A DNA stretch of 64,000 nucleotides, from the sequence record OR770614.1; one strand, written 5' to 3'. The notes beneath the pieces were generated by a model. It had not been told where the DNA came from. It made no database searches and was given only the letters and a program-made list of their open reading frames with translations. A program made the translations under genes and the position numbers. This document shows, piece by piece, positions 10,360 to 19,678 of this stretch (position 1 is the stretch's first letter; each line of letters begins with the position of its first letter).

Positions 10360-11340
10360 ATGTCTAAACCATTCATCTCAAAATATCGTCAAAGTCAAGC
10401 TGACTTAAATAAAAAAGCTAATAAAGCTTTAGAACAAAAGAAATACAACGATATGGTTAATGAAGAATTACAAGTTTCAAAAGAAAAAGATTTAATTTCA
10501 GGAAGAAATAACCAAATCAAGGCTACAAATAAAAGAGCTATAGATAACGCTAAAAATAAAAATGATAGAGATTTATTATCATTAAATACTCAAACTATCA
10601 TGACTACTTTATTCTCAGCATTAGTATTTAATACTTTCCCTAACAAAATTGCTGATAAAAGTAAATTACGTGACCATATTGTAAATAAGAGTCGTGTTTT
10701 CTTTAATGAAGCAATTGATGCTGAATTGGCTGATTATCAAGGTAGTGAAGTATTTAAAAATGCAAAATTCAATGCTGCAACTTATGCTAAAGATGCTCAT
10801 GGAGTTATTGATCCTAAAGACTCAATTAAAGGAGCTAAAGTAGTTTATAAAAAAGGTAGTACTGAATTTGACTACTTAGTAAATGTAGTTGCTAAGAAAA
10901 TTGAATCTGCAGTAATCAGAGAATCAGAACTAGTTGAAGTACGTGAAAAATTAAATGAAGGTATTGCTGATACTCATAAAAAACAAAGTAAAACATTTTT
11001 CCGTACATTACATGAAATGGCAATTAATGATATTGTAAATAATGAAGAATATCTTAAAGAAGAAATTTCTGCTGAAGAAGTTAATATGAATGCGTTAACT
11101 GAAGCTGTTTTAGACTATACTATTATGGAATTAGTTCATACAGCTAAATTAAGTACATTTGATATGTCAGAAGTTCAAAAATCTATTAAAAATGGATCAT
11201 TGAAAGTTAATACATCTCAATCTTCTAAAGTAAATCCTGAGAATGGTTCTACTAAACCATCTGGTGATGGTGTAAAACCTAGAGTTAGAGATAATGAAAA
11301 TAAACCAAAATCAGGAAAAGTTCAATTAAACGAAGAATAA
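10360..11340 (+). CDS. Hypothetical virion protein
   Basis: 326 aa with SD; VNEE/FNEA/LNEG/LNEE motifs. Confidence 0.5.
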   Translation: MSKPFISKYRQSQADLNKKANKALEQKKYNDMVNEELQVSKEKDLISGRNNQIKATNKRAIDNAKNKNDRDLLSLNTQTIMTTLFSALVFNTFPNKIADKSKLRDHIVNKSRVFFNEAIDAELADYQGSEVFKNAKFNAATYAKDAHGVIDPKDSIKGAKVVYKKGSTEFDYLVNVVAKKIESAVIRESELVEVREKLNEGIADTHKKQSKTFFRTLHEMAINDIVNNEEYLKEEISAEEVNMNALTEAVLDYTIMELVHTAKLSTFDMSEVQKSIKNGSLKVNTSQSSKVNPENGSTKPSGDGVKPRVRDNENKPKSGKVQLNEE

Positions 11341-11356
11341 AAAAAATAATAAAATT

Positions 11357-11388
11357 TCCCCAATACCTATTAATTTAGGTATTGGGGA
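11357..11388. terminator. Palindrome family member
   Basis: TCCCCAATACCT-ATTAATTT-AGGTATTGGGGA between convergent genes. Confidence 0.8.
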
Positions 11389-11396
11389 TTATATTT

Positions 11397-11867
11397 TTAA
11401 ATAGATTTTTGATAGTCATTTCTTTCTTTTACATATAGTGTTAATTTGTAGTACATTATATCTAATATGATATTTGGTAATTCTTCATTGTCATAAACTT
11501 TATAGAGTTTTTTCTTAAAGTCTTCAGATATATAATTCATGTATCTATTATAAACATCTTCTAGTATTGTATTCTTTCTTTGTTCCGTAATACTTACATT
11601 AGAAAATTTCATAGATGGATTTTCTAAATATACATCTAGATATATTTCTTCTATTGTTATATCATAAGTAGGTTTTAAGAAGTTATCAATAGAATAATCT
11701 AAATCATCAATGATACTTTTACCATCAAATTTGTCTTCCATGTCTTTTACTTTATATTGAAGTTGATTAATATTCTTTAAGCTTTGCTTATATTTATAAT
11801 AATAATGCCCTATGAATATACCTAGAAGTACACATATAAATATTAAAGCTGTAACTAAAAACCACAT
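11397..11867 (-). CDS. Membrane-anchored hypothetical protein
   Basis: 156 aa; hydrophobic N-terminus MWFLVTALIFICVLLGIFIG. Confidence 0.6.
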   Translation of the reverse strand: MWFLVTALIFICVLLGIFIGHYYYKYKQSLKNINQLQYKVKDMEDKFDGKSIIDDLDYSIDNFLKPTYDITIEEIYLDVYLENPSMKFSNVSITEQRKNTILEDVYNRYMNYISEDFKKKLYKVYDNEELPNIILDIMYYKLTLYVKERNDYQKSI

Positions 11868-11906
11868 TTATTTCACTTCCTTTTTATTTTTAATTCTAAT
11901 TTTTCA

Positions 11907-12461
11907 TTACAGTTCATCATCCTTAATTCTAATGAAGTTAACATTATTCTCTATTAATAAATCCATAACAGGTTCATAATCATCATAGAGTTCATTAAAG
12001 TAAACTGTTTTTATTCCTGAAGCTATGATATTCTTAGCACAATTGTAACATGGTGAATGTGTGCAATATAAATCAAGTCCTTCTGTAGATATTCCTTTTT
12101 TACTCATCTTAGTCAATGCATTTATTTCTGCATGAACTTCATTAAGTAATGACCATTTATGATGGAGTTCTTGATCTTTGCATTTCATTAACTCATCTCC
12201 ATTAATTTCATACCAAATATTATCTTTTTTCTTAAATATTTCATTACAATTAACTTTACCCGGAAATGATCCATTTACTCCTATAGAATATATTGAAGAA
12301 TTATCTGCAATAATTGCACTAACTTTTTTAGCTGCACATTTACTTAATTTAGAAGCTTCTTTACAGTATTTCATACATAATATGTTCCATTTATTAATTT
12401 CATAAAAATCATTAAATTCATTATCGTTAAAATCTATTTTTGTAGCCATAATTAAATTCAT
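11907..12461 (-). CDS. dCMP deaminase
   Basis: Zn-deaminase motifs HAEINAL and THSPCYNCAK. Confidence 0.9.
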   Translation of the reverse strand: MNLIMATKIDFNDNEFNDFYEINKWNILCMKYCKEASKLSKCAAKKVSAIIADNSSIYSIGVNGSFPGKVNCNEIFKKKDNIWYEINGDELMKCKDQELHHKWSLLNEVHAEINALTKMSKKGISTEGLDLYCTHSPCYNCAKNIIASGIKTVYFNELYDDYEPVMDLLIENNVNFIRIKDDEL

Positions 12462-12470
12462 AAACTCCTT

Positions 12471-13082
12471 TTATTTTAAATTATTAACAAATTCAGTTAT
12501 TTTCTCTATAATATAATCATATGAATAAGCTTCATCATTATTTTCATAAGCAAGTAATTTTCCTTTATTTGCATATTCATCAGCTATTTCATTATATTTT
12601 GAATCTTGATCAATTGATTTATTATGTCCTTTTGTCCATGATAAATTTATATTAAACTTCATTCCTAAATTATGTTTTATATCATCCACTAATAACCATA
12701 ATTCTTTATTTTTTATAGGAGTTCCTGTATTTGTTAACCAACCATTTTCTGACCATTTTAAGAGATATTTATTAAAACCATCAACAACATATCTAGAATC
12801 AGTTTTAATATTTATATTCAATTTTCTATCACCCTTATAAGTTTCTATAGCAAATAGAGCAGAAAATATAAATGATAGTATTTCTAAATTGTTATTAGTT
12901 AATTTTTCATCCATTACCGGTATTCCCATAGACTCAAAAGGTCTATTTTCTTCAGGTAAATATATACCTAGTCCACCATATTTAGTTCCTTTAGATTTAA
13001 CACCTTTTATTGCACCATCACAATATATTGTTACTTTATTACTATTTTCATTTAAATATTTCTTAAAGTCTATCAAATTCAT
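12471..13082 (-). CDS. rnhA: Ribonuclease HI
   Basis: IYCDGA, TNNNLEI, TDSRYV, WTKGH and NEIADEYA motifs. Confidence 0.9.
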   Translation of the reverse strand: MNLIDFKKYLNENSNKVTIYCDGAIKGVKSKGTKYGGLGIYLPEENRPFESMGIPVMDEKLTNNNLEILSFIFSALFAIETYKGDRKLNINIKTDSRYVVDGFNKYLLKWSENGWLTNTGTPIKNKELWLLVDDIKHNLGMKFNINLSWTKGHNKSIDQDSKYNEIADEYANKGKLLAYENNDEAYSYDYIIEKITEFVNNLK

Positions 13083-13116
13083 ACACCGTCCTAGAATTTA
13101 TAAAAAAAAAAAATAA

Positions 13117-13143
13117 ATGAAGAGAGATTTAATCTCTCTTCAT
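13117..13143 (-). terminator. Intrinsic terminator
   Basis: ATGAAGAGAGATT/AATCTCTCTTCAT hairpin plus U-tract on the minus strand. Confidence 0.75.
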
Positions 13144-13184
13144 CCTTTATATAATTAAAAAGTTTTCATCATTTATTAATTTTA

Positions 13185-15254
13185 TTAAACCATAAATGAA
13201 TCTAAAACTTCTTCATCTAAAGAATTGATATCAGTTTTCTCACCAGCAATTAAATTTACTAAATCTTCATCACTATCTAAATCTTTATTAGTAACTTTAA
13301 TTCTGATATCTTCTAAAGTATCTGTTCCTTCAAGAACATCAATATAATCACTAACAAATTGAACTTCACCATCAATATTAGTAACTTTAATAGTGTGACT
13401 ATCAGAGAACTCTACACTATCTACAAAAGCAAATTTAGTATTATCATTAATTAACTTGTTGATAAATAATTTACGTTTAGCAATTTCTAATTCAATATCA
13501 CCTTTACGAATTTTATCAATTCTATGTGTAGCTCCTGCATATTTAAATGATACATCCTTAGTGAATTTATTTTCTTTAATAATTTGGTATGTCATATTTA
13601 ATTTCTCCTCTTTTTTATCATTTTTAGTTTCTTCTACATGTTCTATAGTAGTTTCTTTTGATTTAATTTCTTCTTGTACTTCTTTCAATTCATCTTCATT
13701 ATTAATTTCAATAATACTTTCTTTAGGTTTAGAAATTGCATATTTTCCTTCAATTATATTTTGATATTGATTGGTAAATGCATCAACGTAATTTTTATCT
13801 TCATTGAATATTGCCTTTAATGAAGATTCTAAACTTAGTTTTAGATTTGTATATCTAGTTGAAGATGTTTTAATACGTTTACTACTATCAAATATATCTT
13901 TTCTTGAAGTGAAGACATCTTTAATATCTTCATTAAAATCAGTGTTATTATTTTCAAAAGTAATGAATTTCATTAATTTTATAACATTGAAATCATCAAG
14001 TTTTATAGTTTGATTACTTGACTGTATATATTCAAATAAGAAGTTATTGAATAAAGTATAACCTACTATATGAGTGCTAGTACTTGATGTTTCTAATATA
14101 TTCATTTTTAATGGATACTCATTTTTCTTCTTCTTAATATAACCACGTTTATTTTCTGAATTCAATAAATATGATTTTGATGTGAATTCATTAACATTAC
14201 CTTTAGAATATATTCCTGAATAAACCCCTTGAAGAAGTTCAAAAGTAAATCTCTTTAAAGTATTTTCAATATTTTCTATACCTAAGAAACTTAAGAATAA
14301 ATCATATATCAATGTCTCTCTAATAGGATGGTCATAACTAACTGATAAGAAACGTTGTCTAAATGGATTGAAATACAAATTTTCTCTAGTTAAGATACTT
14401 GTATCTCTTATCTTTTGTTCTTTTCCATTTGTGCATATAAATAAATCTACTCTAGTATCATCTCTTACATCGCTTACTTTTGGAATATTGAATAATGGAT
14501 TACTAGCGAAATAATAATCTGAACGTTGACTAAATGTAAACACTTCAGAATATGTTCTCTGTGAAAATATATCATTTCTTTCAATCTTTTCAATTAATTT
14601 ACCTTCTTTACTTCTAACATTTAGGTTAGCATCCATTAGTAAATCAAAATAATTAATTGCATCATAAGATTTATTTAATAGTTCCTCACTGTTTAGTGAG
14701 ATTAAATAACTACCTAAATTGTCTACACTTAATTCTTTATACGCTGTCATAATAGAATCTTTATTAATTTCAGCAATTAAATCGTATAATGTATTTCTTT
14801 CATAATTACCAAAACTGCTTAGTTTTTTATGGAAACTAAAATTTCCAGTTTTATAAAATTTATAAATCATTAAATTGTCAATTATACTTGATTTGACAAA
14901 TTTTAATAATGCATCTACATTTACATCGCTGTGTTTATCTTTAATATTCATTTTTGGACCATATACTCTAGTAACAAAAGGAATATTATCAATTGAATAA
15001 ATGATAAAAATATTTCTAGATTCTTCATTATTATCATTAGAAATAAATCTAAACATTGTATCTGTTATTTTATTTTCTTTCATAATATTAATAACACCAT
15101 CAAAAAGATTATCTACATTATTTACATAATCTTTATCATTTATCATTTTAGATGATTGATTAACATCCATTTCTTTCTTAAACCAACGTTTAACCTCTTT
15201 TAAACTGATATTACCTTCTGACAAATTGTTTTTCTTTAGTATTATTCTACTCAT
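13185..15254 (-). CDS. Hypothetical protein (early)
   Basis: 689 aa; SD GGAG; early-type promoter 15318-15334; no motif recognised. Confidence 0.6.
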   Translation of the reverse strand: MSRIILKKNNLSEGNISLKEVKRWFKKEMDVNQSSKMINDKDYVNNVDNLFDGVINIMKENKITDTMFRFISNDNNEESRNIFIIYSIDNIPFVTRVYGPKMNIKDKHSDVNVDALLKFVKSSIIDNLMIYKFYKTGNFSFHKKLSSFGNYERNTLYDLIAEINKDSIMTAYKELSVDNLGSYLISLNSEELLNKSYDAINYFDLLMDANLNVRSKEGKLIEKIERNDIFSQRTYSEVFTFSQRSDYYFASNPLFNIPKVSDVRDDTRVDLFICTNGKEQKIRDTSILTRENLYFNPFRQRFLSVSYDHPIRETLIYDLFLSFLGIENIENTLKRFTFELLQGVYSGIYSKGNVNEFTSKSYLLNSENKRGYIKKKKNEYPLKMNILETSSTSTHIVGYTLFNNFLFEYIQSSNQTIKLDDFNVIKLMKFITFENNNTDFNEDIKDVFTSRKDIFDSSKRIKTSSTRYTNLKLSLESSLKAIFNEDKNYVDAFTNQYQNIIEGKYAISKPKESIIEINNEDELKEVQEEIKSKETTIEHVEETKNDKKEEKLNMTYQIIKENKFTKDVSFKYAGATHRIDKIRKGDIELEIAKRKLFINKLINDNTKFAFVDSVEFSDSHTIKVTNIDGEVQFVSDYIDVLEGTDTLEDIRIKVTNKDLDSDEDLVNLIAGEKTDINSLDEEVLDSFMV

Positions 15255-15432
15255 ATCCGATTCACTCTCCTAGTGTAATTTTTATGAAATACTATTAGCT
15301 AATTAGTACTTCATTTTTATAATATATATTTAAAAATTGATATAAAACGGTAATATAAAATTCATGTAGTTTAAAATATTATGGTAACATATTATTATAA
15401 TAATACAAATAAAACTATCTAGAAAGAAGGTC

Positions 15433-16125
15433 ATGAAATCTATGCAAATGCCAAAAGTAGATAAAAAAGACCTGCCAAAATTAATAGAAACAATAGAGTT
15501 AAATGTAGATGAAACTAAAAAATTTGATATGTACAATACTGAAGACGAAATCAAGTCTGAAGAGACTTTTAATAAATATGTAGAAAAAATAATTAGAAGC
15601 TCATTTGAATATAAATCATTTATTAAAGCTTTGAAAACTGAAATGGATCTAACTAAATGTAAATTTATTCCAGAGGTAGATATAAATGATGATAAAAAGC
15701 TTACTATTGAGATGCATCACTACCCACTTTCATTGTATGACATCGTCTCTAGCTATCGTGAAAAATTAAAAACTAATTATGAATATAAAAAATCATATGA
15801 AAGTTTTACTGTAGCTGAAGATGTTATCAAAATGCATTTTGAAGGTAATATAGGTATTGTACCATTATCATATACTGCACATGAACTAGCTCATAATGGT
15901 GATCTTTTCATTCCATTAAATGAGGAATTTGTTTTTGGTAATTTTGAAGGTCTTTTTAATCAGATTGAGTTAGAAGCTCCTTTAGAAAATAAAATAGAAG
16001 CAGTTAAGAAAATGACTAAGAAATATGAAGAAGATCCTTCTTTATATGAGTCAGAGGTTCTTGATAAAGTTAAAACTGAAATCAAGATGAAGAATGAAGT
16101 TAAACCAAATAAGATAATACAATAA
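15433..16125 (+). CDS. Hypothetical protein with HNH-like His cluster
   Basis: 230 aa; IEMHHYP ... GIVPLSYTAHELAH; late promoter 15387-15398. Confidence 0.5.
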   Translation: MKSMQMPKVDKKDLPKLIETIELNVDETKKFDMYNTEDEIKSEETFNKYVEKIIRSSFEYKSFIKALKTEMDLTKCKFIPEVDINDDKKLTIEMHHYPLSLYDIVSSYREKLKTNYEYKKSYESFTVAEDVIKMHFEGNIGIVPLSYTAHELAHNGDLFIPLNEEFVFGNFEGLFNQIELEAPLENKIEAVKKMTKKYEEDPSLYESEVLDKVKTEIKMKNEVKPNKIIQ

Positions 16126-16143
16126 AAAAAAAAATAATAAAAT

Positions 16144-16173
16144 TCCTCTAACCTAAATTAATAGGTTAGGGGA
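16144..16173. terminator. Palindrome family member
   Basis: TCCTCTAACCT-AAATTAAT-AGGTTAGGGGA between convergent genes. Confidence 0.75.
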
Positions 16174-16184
16174 TATATTTTTAA

Positions 16185-18389
16185 TTATTCAAATATAAAA
16201 TTAGTTGAACCTGTGTCATATACTTTATTTATATAAGTTTTATTTCTATCAATCTTATTTCTTATATAGCTATCATTACTTGTACCTTTTAAGAAAGTCT
16301 TTTCAATAGGTAATTCATTACCTACTTTATACATTCCAAATTTTTCAAATTTATAACACGTATATGAATCAGATTTTACATTAAAAGTTAAACTTGGAAA
16401 TGTCTTTTTAATTTTAATTAAATCTGCGTCTGTATTTAAAAGTGAAATAAAATTATGTGATACATTAGTCTTATTATTAAAAGAAAATGCACAAATAATA
16501 TAACCTTTATAATAAAGAGCGAAGAAGTCAGAATCTTTCCCATAAAAGTCTTCTGTTGAGTGATTTTCAAAGAAATCTTTAAATGTAAAGAATCCCATAG
16601 ATTTAATTTTCACACCGCCATAGTCTAATACAGAATAATCATCTTTAAATAGTAACAATTGATGTAAGAATTTAGCATAATTCTTACCATCAATTCTTTT
16701 AGTTTCATTACGGATATCATCATCAAATAAATTAAGAAGATGGTATCCTTTTTCTTTAAGTTCATTGTATTTCTTAAGTTGATGATACTTAGCATTTATC
16801 TCAGATTTAGTTTCATTAGAATGATATTTAACTCCATTAACTTCAATAGCCAATTTATGTTCTTTACAGAGTATATCAATTTCTTTACCATCTAATAAAT
16901 CTCTATTCTGTCTTTCTATTTCAAAACCTAAATATTTCATTTCATCAGATACTTTTGATTCAGCAATAGATGATTTTCCATTACTACATGATGGACAATT
17001 AATACCTTTTTCTATTAAGTCATTTGCATTTATTTTAAATTCACCATGGTCTTTACATATTACTATTGATCTTTCATATTTATCGCTAGGTCTAAATTTA
17101 CTCATATTGTATTTATCTTTACCATGTTTAATATTTGCAAGTGTTTGATATACTTCAGTCTTTTCTTTTTCAGTATAATCAAAGTTATTAAGATTTTTAA
17201 TCTTAGTATTAAGTGACTTTATACGTTTATACTCTTTTAATTCTTGAACAGAATATTTTCTCTTATCCTTTATTTTTGGTATTGATTCTGGAATTATTTC
17301 TTTTTTATTTTCATTTGATTCTTTAATATTATCCTTAACTTTATCAATATTAAAATTATTAGAAATTTCTCTTTCTATACTTTCTTTCTTCATGTTCTTT
17401 TTAGCTTTTGGTGTTTTCTTTATACCCTTAAGTAATTTCTCAGTTTCTTCTTCACGTTTCTTTTTATTATTTTCTACAATCTTTTCCCAGTCTTTATCTA
17501 TACTAAGTTTTTCTTCTTCACACTTAGGGCAAGCTAATTTCTTATCAAATAACATTTCGTGTATAGATGTTTTAAATTCACCATGTTTTTCACATATAAT
17601 TGGTTGAACATCTTTTTCGTTAATAGGTCTAAATTTAGAAAAATCATAGTTTGTATTATTAGCTTTATTCAGAGCTAAATCATAAATATGACTTTTTTCA
17701 TCTTCTGTATAATCTTTAGTCAACTCTAAAAATAAATCAGGGTCTATGTCTTTTAAATTATTAAAGATATTTTCAGTAGTTGCAACTTCTCCATCTTTTT
17801 TACAACCTGGACAACCATCAAGATTATTCATAAGAAAATTTTTAACTGAACTTTTAAAGCTACCATGTTTTTCACAGATTATATTTTGTTTAGTATTTAT
17901 ACTGTTTGGTTTAAAATTAGATACATCATAAGGAGAATATAGTCCATATTTAGCTATCGTAACATTATAGAAGAATAAATATTTTTCTTCTTTACTTTTA
18001 TTTTTTAAATATCTAACTTTATCTTTCATTTTAGTAGAGCTATTTAAGAAAAATGTATAAGGTTCTAAATATTCATTAGGATCTTCTACCATAGGAGATT
18101 CAAGTCTCTTAGTTCTTTCTTTATTTTTTAAAAATTTCTCAGCGTTAGCTTTATTTTCATTTTCTCCTAATTCAATTATTCTTAAACAACTTTCAAAATA
18201 ATTATCAAACCATTCTTTACTTTTAACGTATTTAATCGTTCTTATTTTAAATTCTTCAGATATTTTTCCTTTATAAGTTACTTTTAATTTATCTTCATTT
18301 ATTTGATAATCTTTATCATTATCTATATTAAATGTATAGTCTTTACCTAATTTTTCTTTAAAGCTTTCTCTTAATTTTTTACCTAACAT
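16185..18389 (-). CDS. Free-standing homing-endonuclease-like protein: three CxxHG...CPxC Zn-ribbon repeats plus Vsr/Hef-like nuclease domain
   Basis: ICEKHG..GCPGC, ICEKHG..ACPKC, ICKDHG..NCPSC; EIDILCKEHKLAIEVNGVKYHS. Confidence 0.7.
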   Translation of the reverse strand: MLGKKLRESFKEKLGKDYTFNIDNDKDYQINEDKLKVTYKGKISEEFKIRTIKYVKSKEWFDNYFESCLRIIELGENENKANAEKFLKNKERTKRLESPMVEDPNEYLEPYTFFLNSSTKMKDKVRYLKNKSKEEKYLFFYNVTIAKYGLYSPYDVSNFKPNSINTKQNIICEKHGSFKSSVKNFLMNNLDGCPGCKKDGEVATTENIFNNLKDIDPDLFLELTKDYTEDEKSHIYDLALNKANNTNYDFSKFRPINEKDVQPIICEKHGEFKTSIHEMLFDKKLACPKCEEEKLSIDKDWEKIVENNKKKREEETEKLLKGIKKTPKAKKNMKKESIEREISNNFNIDKVKDNIKESNENKKEIIPESIPKIKDKRKYSVQELKEYKRIKSLNTKIKNLNNFDYTEKEKTEVYQTLANIKHGKDKYNMSKFRPSDKYERSIVICKDHGEFKINANDLIEKGINCPSCSNGKSSIAESKVSDEMKYLGFEIERQNRDLLDGKEIDILCKEHKLAIEVNGVKYHSNETKSEINAKYHQLKKYNELKEKGYHLLNLFDDDIRNETKRIDGKNYAKFLHQLLLFKDDYSVLDYGGVKIKSMGFFTFKDFFENHSTEDFYGKDSDFFALYYKGYIICAFSFNNKTNVSHNFISLLNTDADLIKIKKTFPSLTFNVKSDSYTCYKFEKFGMYKVGNELPIEKTFLKGTSNDSYIRNKIDRNKTYINKVYDTGSTNFIFE

Positions 18390-18478
18390 ATCATATTCAT
18401 CTCCATATTATAATATTAAGATTATATTTTAATAATCTCAAATTTATAATATATATTTAAAACGTAAAATAAAAATAA

Positions 18479-18508
18479 TCCCAATATCTATTAAATTAGA
18501 TATTGGGA
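18479..18508 (-). terminator. Palindrome family member ending the tRNA/ncRNA transcript
   Basis: TCCCAATATCT-ATTAAATT-AGATATTGGGA with compensatory A-T change, U-rich tail on the minus strand. Confidence 0.75.
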
Positions 18509-18509
18509 A

Positions 18510-19026
18510 ATATGTATAAAGATAACCCTAACCTCTTCGACTAATTTTGGAATCAATCTGTAGGTTAGGGTTATAGTTACTTTTACGAGAAAAGTATAAA
18601 GTTGCTTTAATAATTTTTTATATCCCATAAAGCATAAGAAGGATTAAAGAAACCAATATATGCATGGAACATATTAGGAATCTTGTAGCGATTTAATAGT
18701 CTAGTTTTTCTTATATTAGGGACTAAGAAACTAGAAAACCTAAAAAAGTATTAAAGTCAGATATTTATCACAAATTAATGTAAAATAAGTCCTCTTTAAT
18801 ACTTCGATCTAATAACTAAACGTAAATTAGATCTAAGACTGTAATGATTGTTGTGATACATATATTTAATTTGGCAGATTAAATATATGTGCTATTTTTT
18901 TTACAACTAAAGATATGCCTTAACTTTAGTTGAATCTAATAAATTAAGTTTGGCATATTACTTAATTTATATTTTATTCATAGCAGGTCTGCAGCCAAGC
19001 TATAAGGATGATTAATCCTATAGGGT
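18510..19026 (-). ncRNA. Candidate large structured RNA (hairpin array with complementary loops)
   Basis: No ORF; about ten stems, e.g. 18522-18574, 18701-18734, 18746-18804, 18806-18833, 18858-18890, 18904-18932, 18939-18970, 18981-19002; lies downstream of the tRNAs. Confidence 0.6.
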
Positions 19027-19129
19027 TGTTCCTAATGAGATTCGAACTCATAACCTACAGATCCATAAATTATCCTATCCAGGTATAATTCATAAAATCC
19101 GTACACTCTGACCATTGAGCTATAGGAAC
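19027..19129 (-). ncRNA. tRNA-like RNA with anticodon loop replaced by a long hairpin
   Basis: Acceptor GTTCCTA/TAGGAAC, D arm GCTC-AATGGTCA-GAGT, T arm ATGAG-TTCGAAT-CTCAT; 38 nt between TACGG and CTGTA instead of 7. Confidence 0.8.
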
Positions 19130-19136
19130 ATAGAAA

Positions 19137-19208
19137 CTGCTCTAGTTTGATTCGAACAAACAACCTCTTGATTAACAGTCAAGCATTCTACCATTGAATT
19201 ATAGAGCA
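19137..19208 (-). tRNA. tRNA-Asn (GTT)
   Basis: Cloverleaf TGCTCTA/TAGAGCA, anticodon arm CTTGA-CTGTTAA-TCAAG, T loop TTCGAAT, discriminator G; CCA not encoded. Confidence 0.92.
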
Positions 19209-19223
19209 TTAATAAAAAAAAAT

Positions 19224-19256
19224 AAAAGAGTACATTTATCATCTATGCACTCTTTT
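19224..19256 (-). terminator. Terminator-like hairpin immediately upstream of tRNA-Asn
   Basis: AAAAGAGTGCAT/ATGTACTCTTTT stem (G-U pair on the minus strand) followed by a U-tract. Confidence 0.55.
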
Positions 19257-19457
19257 AAGTAAATAAATATATAATAATATCTATTCATTTTTAATTATAC
19301 GTAAGGAGGCGTATGGATTTCTATTTAAAACCATGACATATTAAAAATAGAAACAAGAAATCAAAGGAACATTTTTAAAGCAACAACAAATGACAAAGTA
19401 AGTTATAATAGAATTTAATCTATTATATTTTTTAGTTAAATCAAAAACTAAAAAAAA

Positions 19458-19494
19458 AAATCTATAATAATTTGACGAGGATCATTATAGATTT
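19458..19494 (-). terminator. Intrinsic terminator downstream of tRNA-like RNA 19562-19631
   Basis: AATCTATAAT/ATTATAGATT stem followed by a long U-tract on the minus strand. Confidence 0.7.
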
Positions 19495-19561
19495 ATACTA
19501 TATAGTTAATTAATATTTTTAAATAAAATTTTTTAATAAATAGGAATTTTAGACCAAAAAA

Positions 19562-19631
19562 AGCTTATCCGAGGGATCGAACCCCGGACACATGATGAAA
19601 ATCATTGCTCTACCAACTGAGCTAGATAAAC
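19562..19631 (-). ncRNA. tRNA-like RNA with a 4-nt anticodon loop (Phe-like scaffold)
   Basis: GTTTATC/GATAAGC acceptor, GCTC-AGTTGGTA-GAGC D arm, CGGGG-TTCGATC-CCTCG T arm, anticodon arm ATGAT-TTTC-ATCAT; own early-type promoter 19644-19658. Confidence 0.75.
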
Positions 19632-19678
19632 TTTCTTCATTATTATAATATATGTTTATATTTCACTATATTACGCTT

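Noticed and set aside
13185-15254. Nuclear-shell protein or RNAP specificity subunit
   Set aside because: No recognisable motif; cannot be supported without a profile search
19061-19100. Archaeal-type or group I tRNA intron giving tRNA-Lys(TTT)
   Set aside because: The insert is a near-continuous helix with no bulge-helix-bulge or catalytic core; the spliced loop would have atypical A32/U38; kept only as a testable alternative
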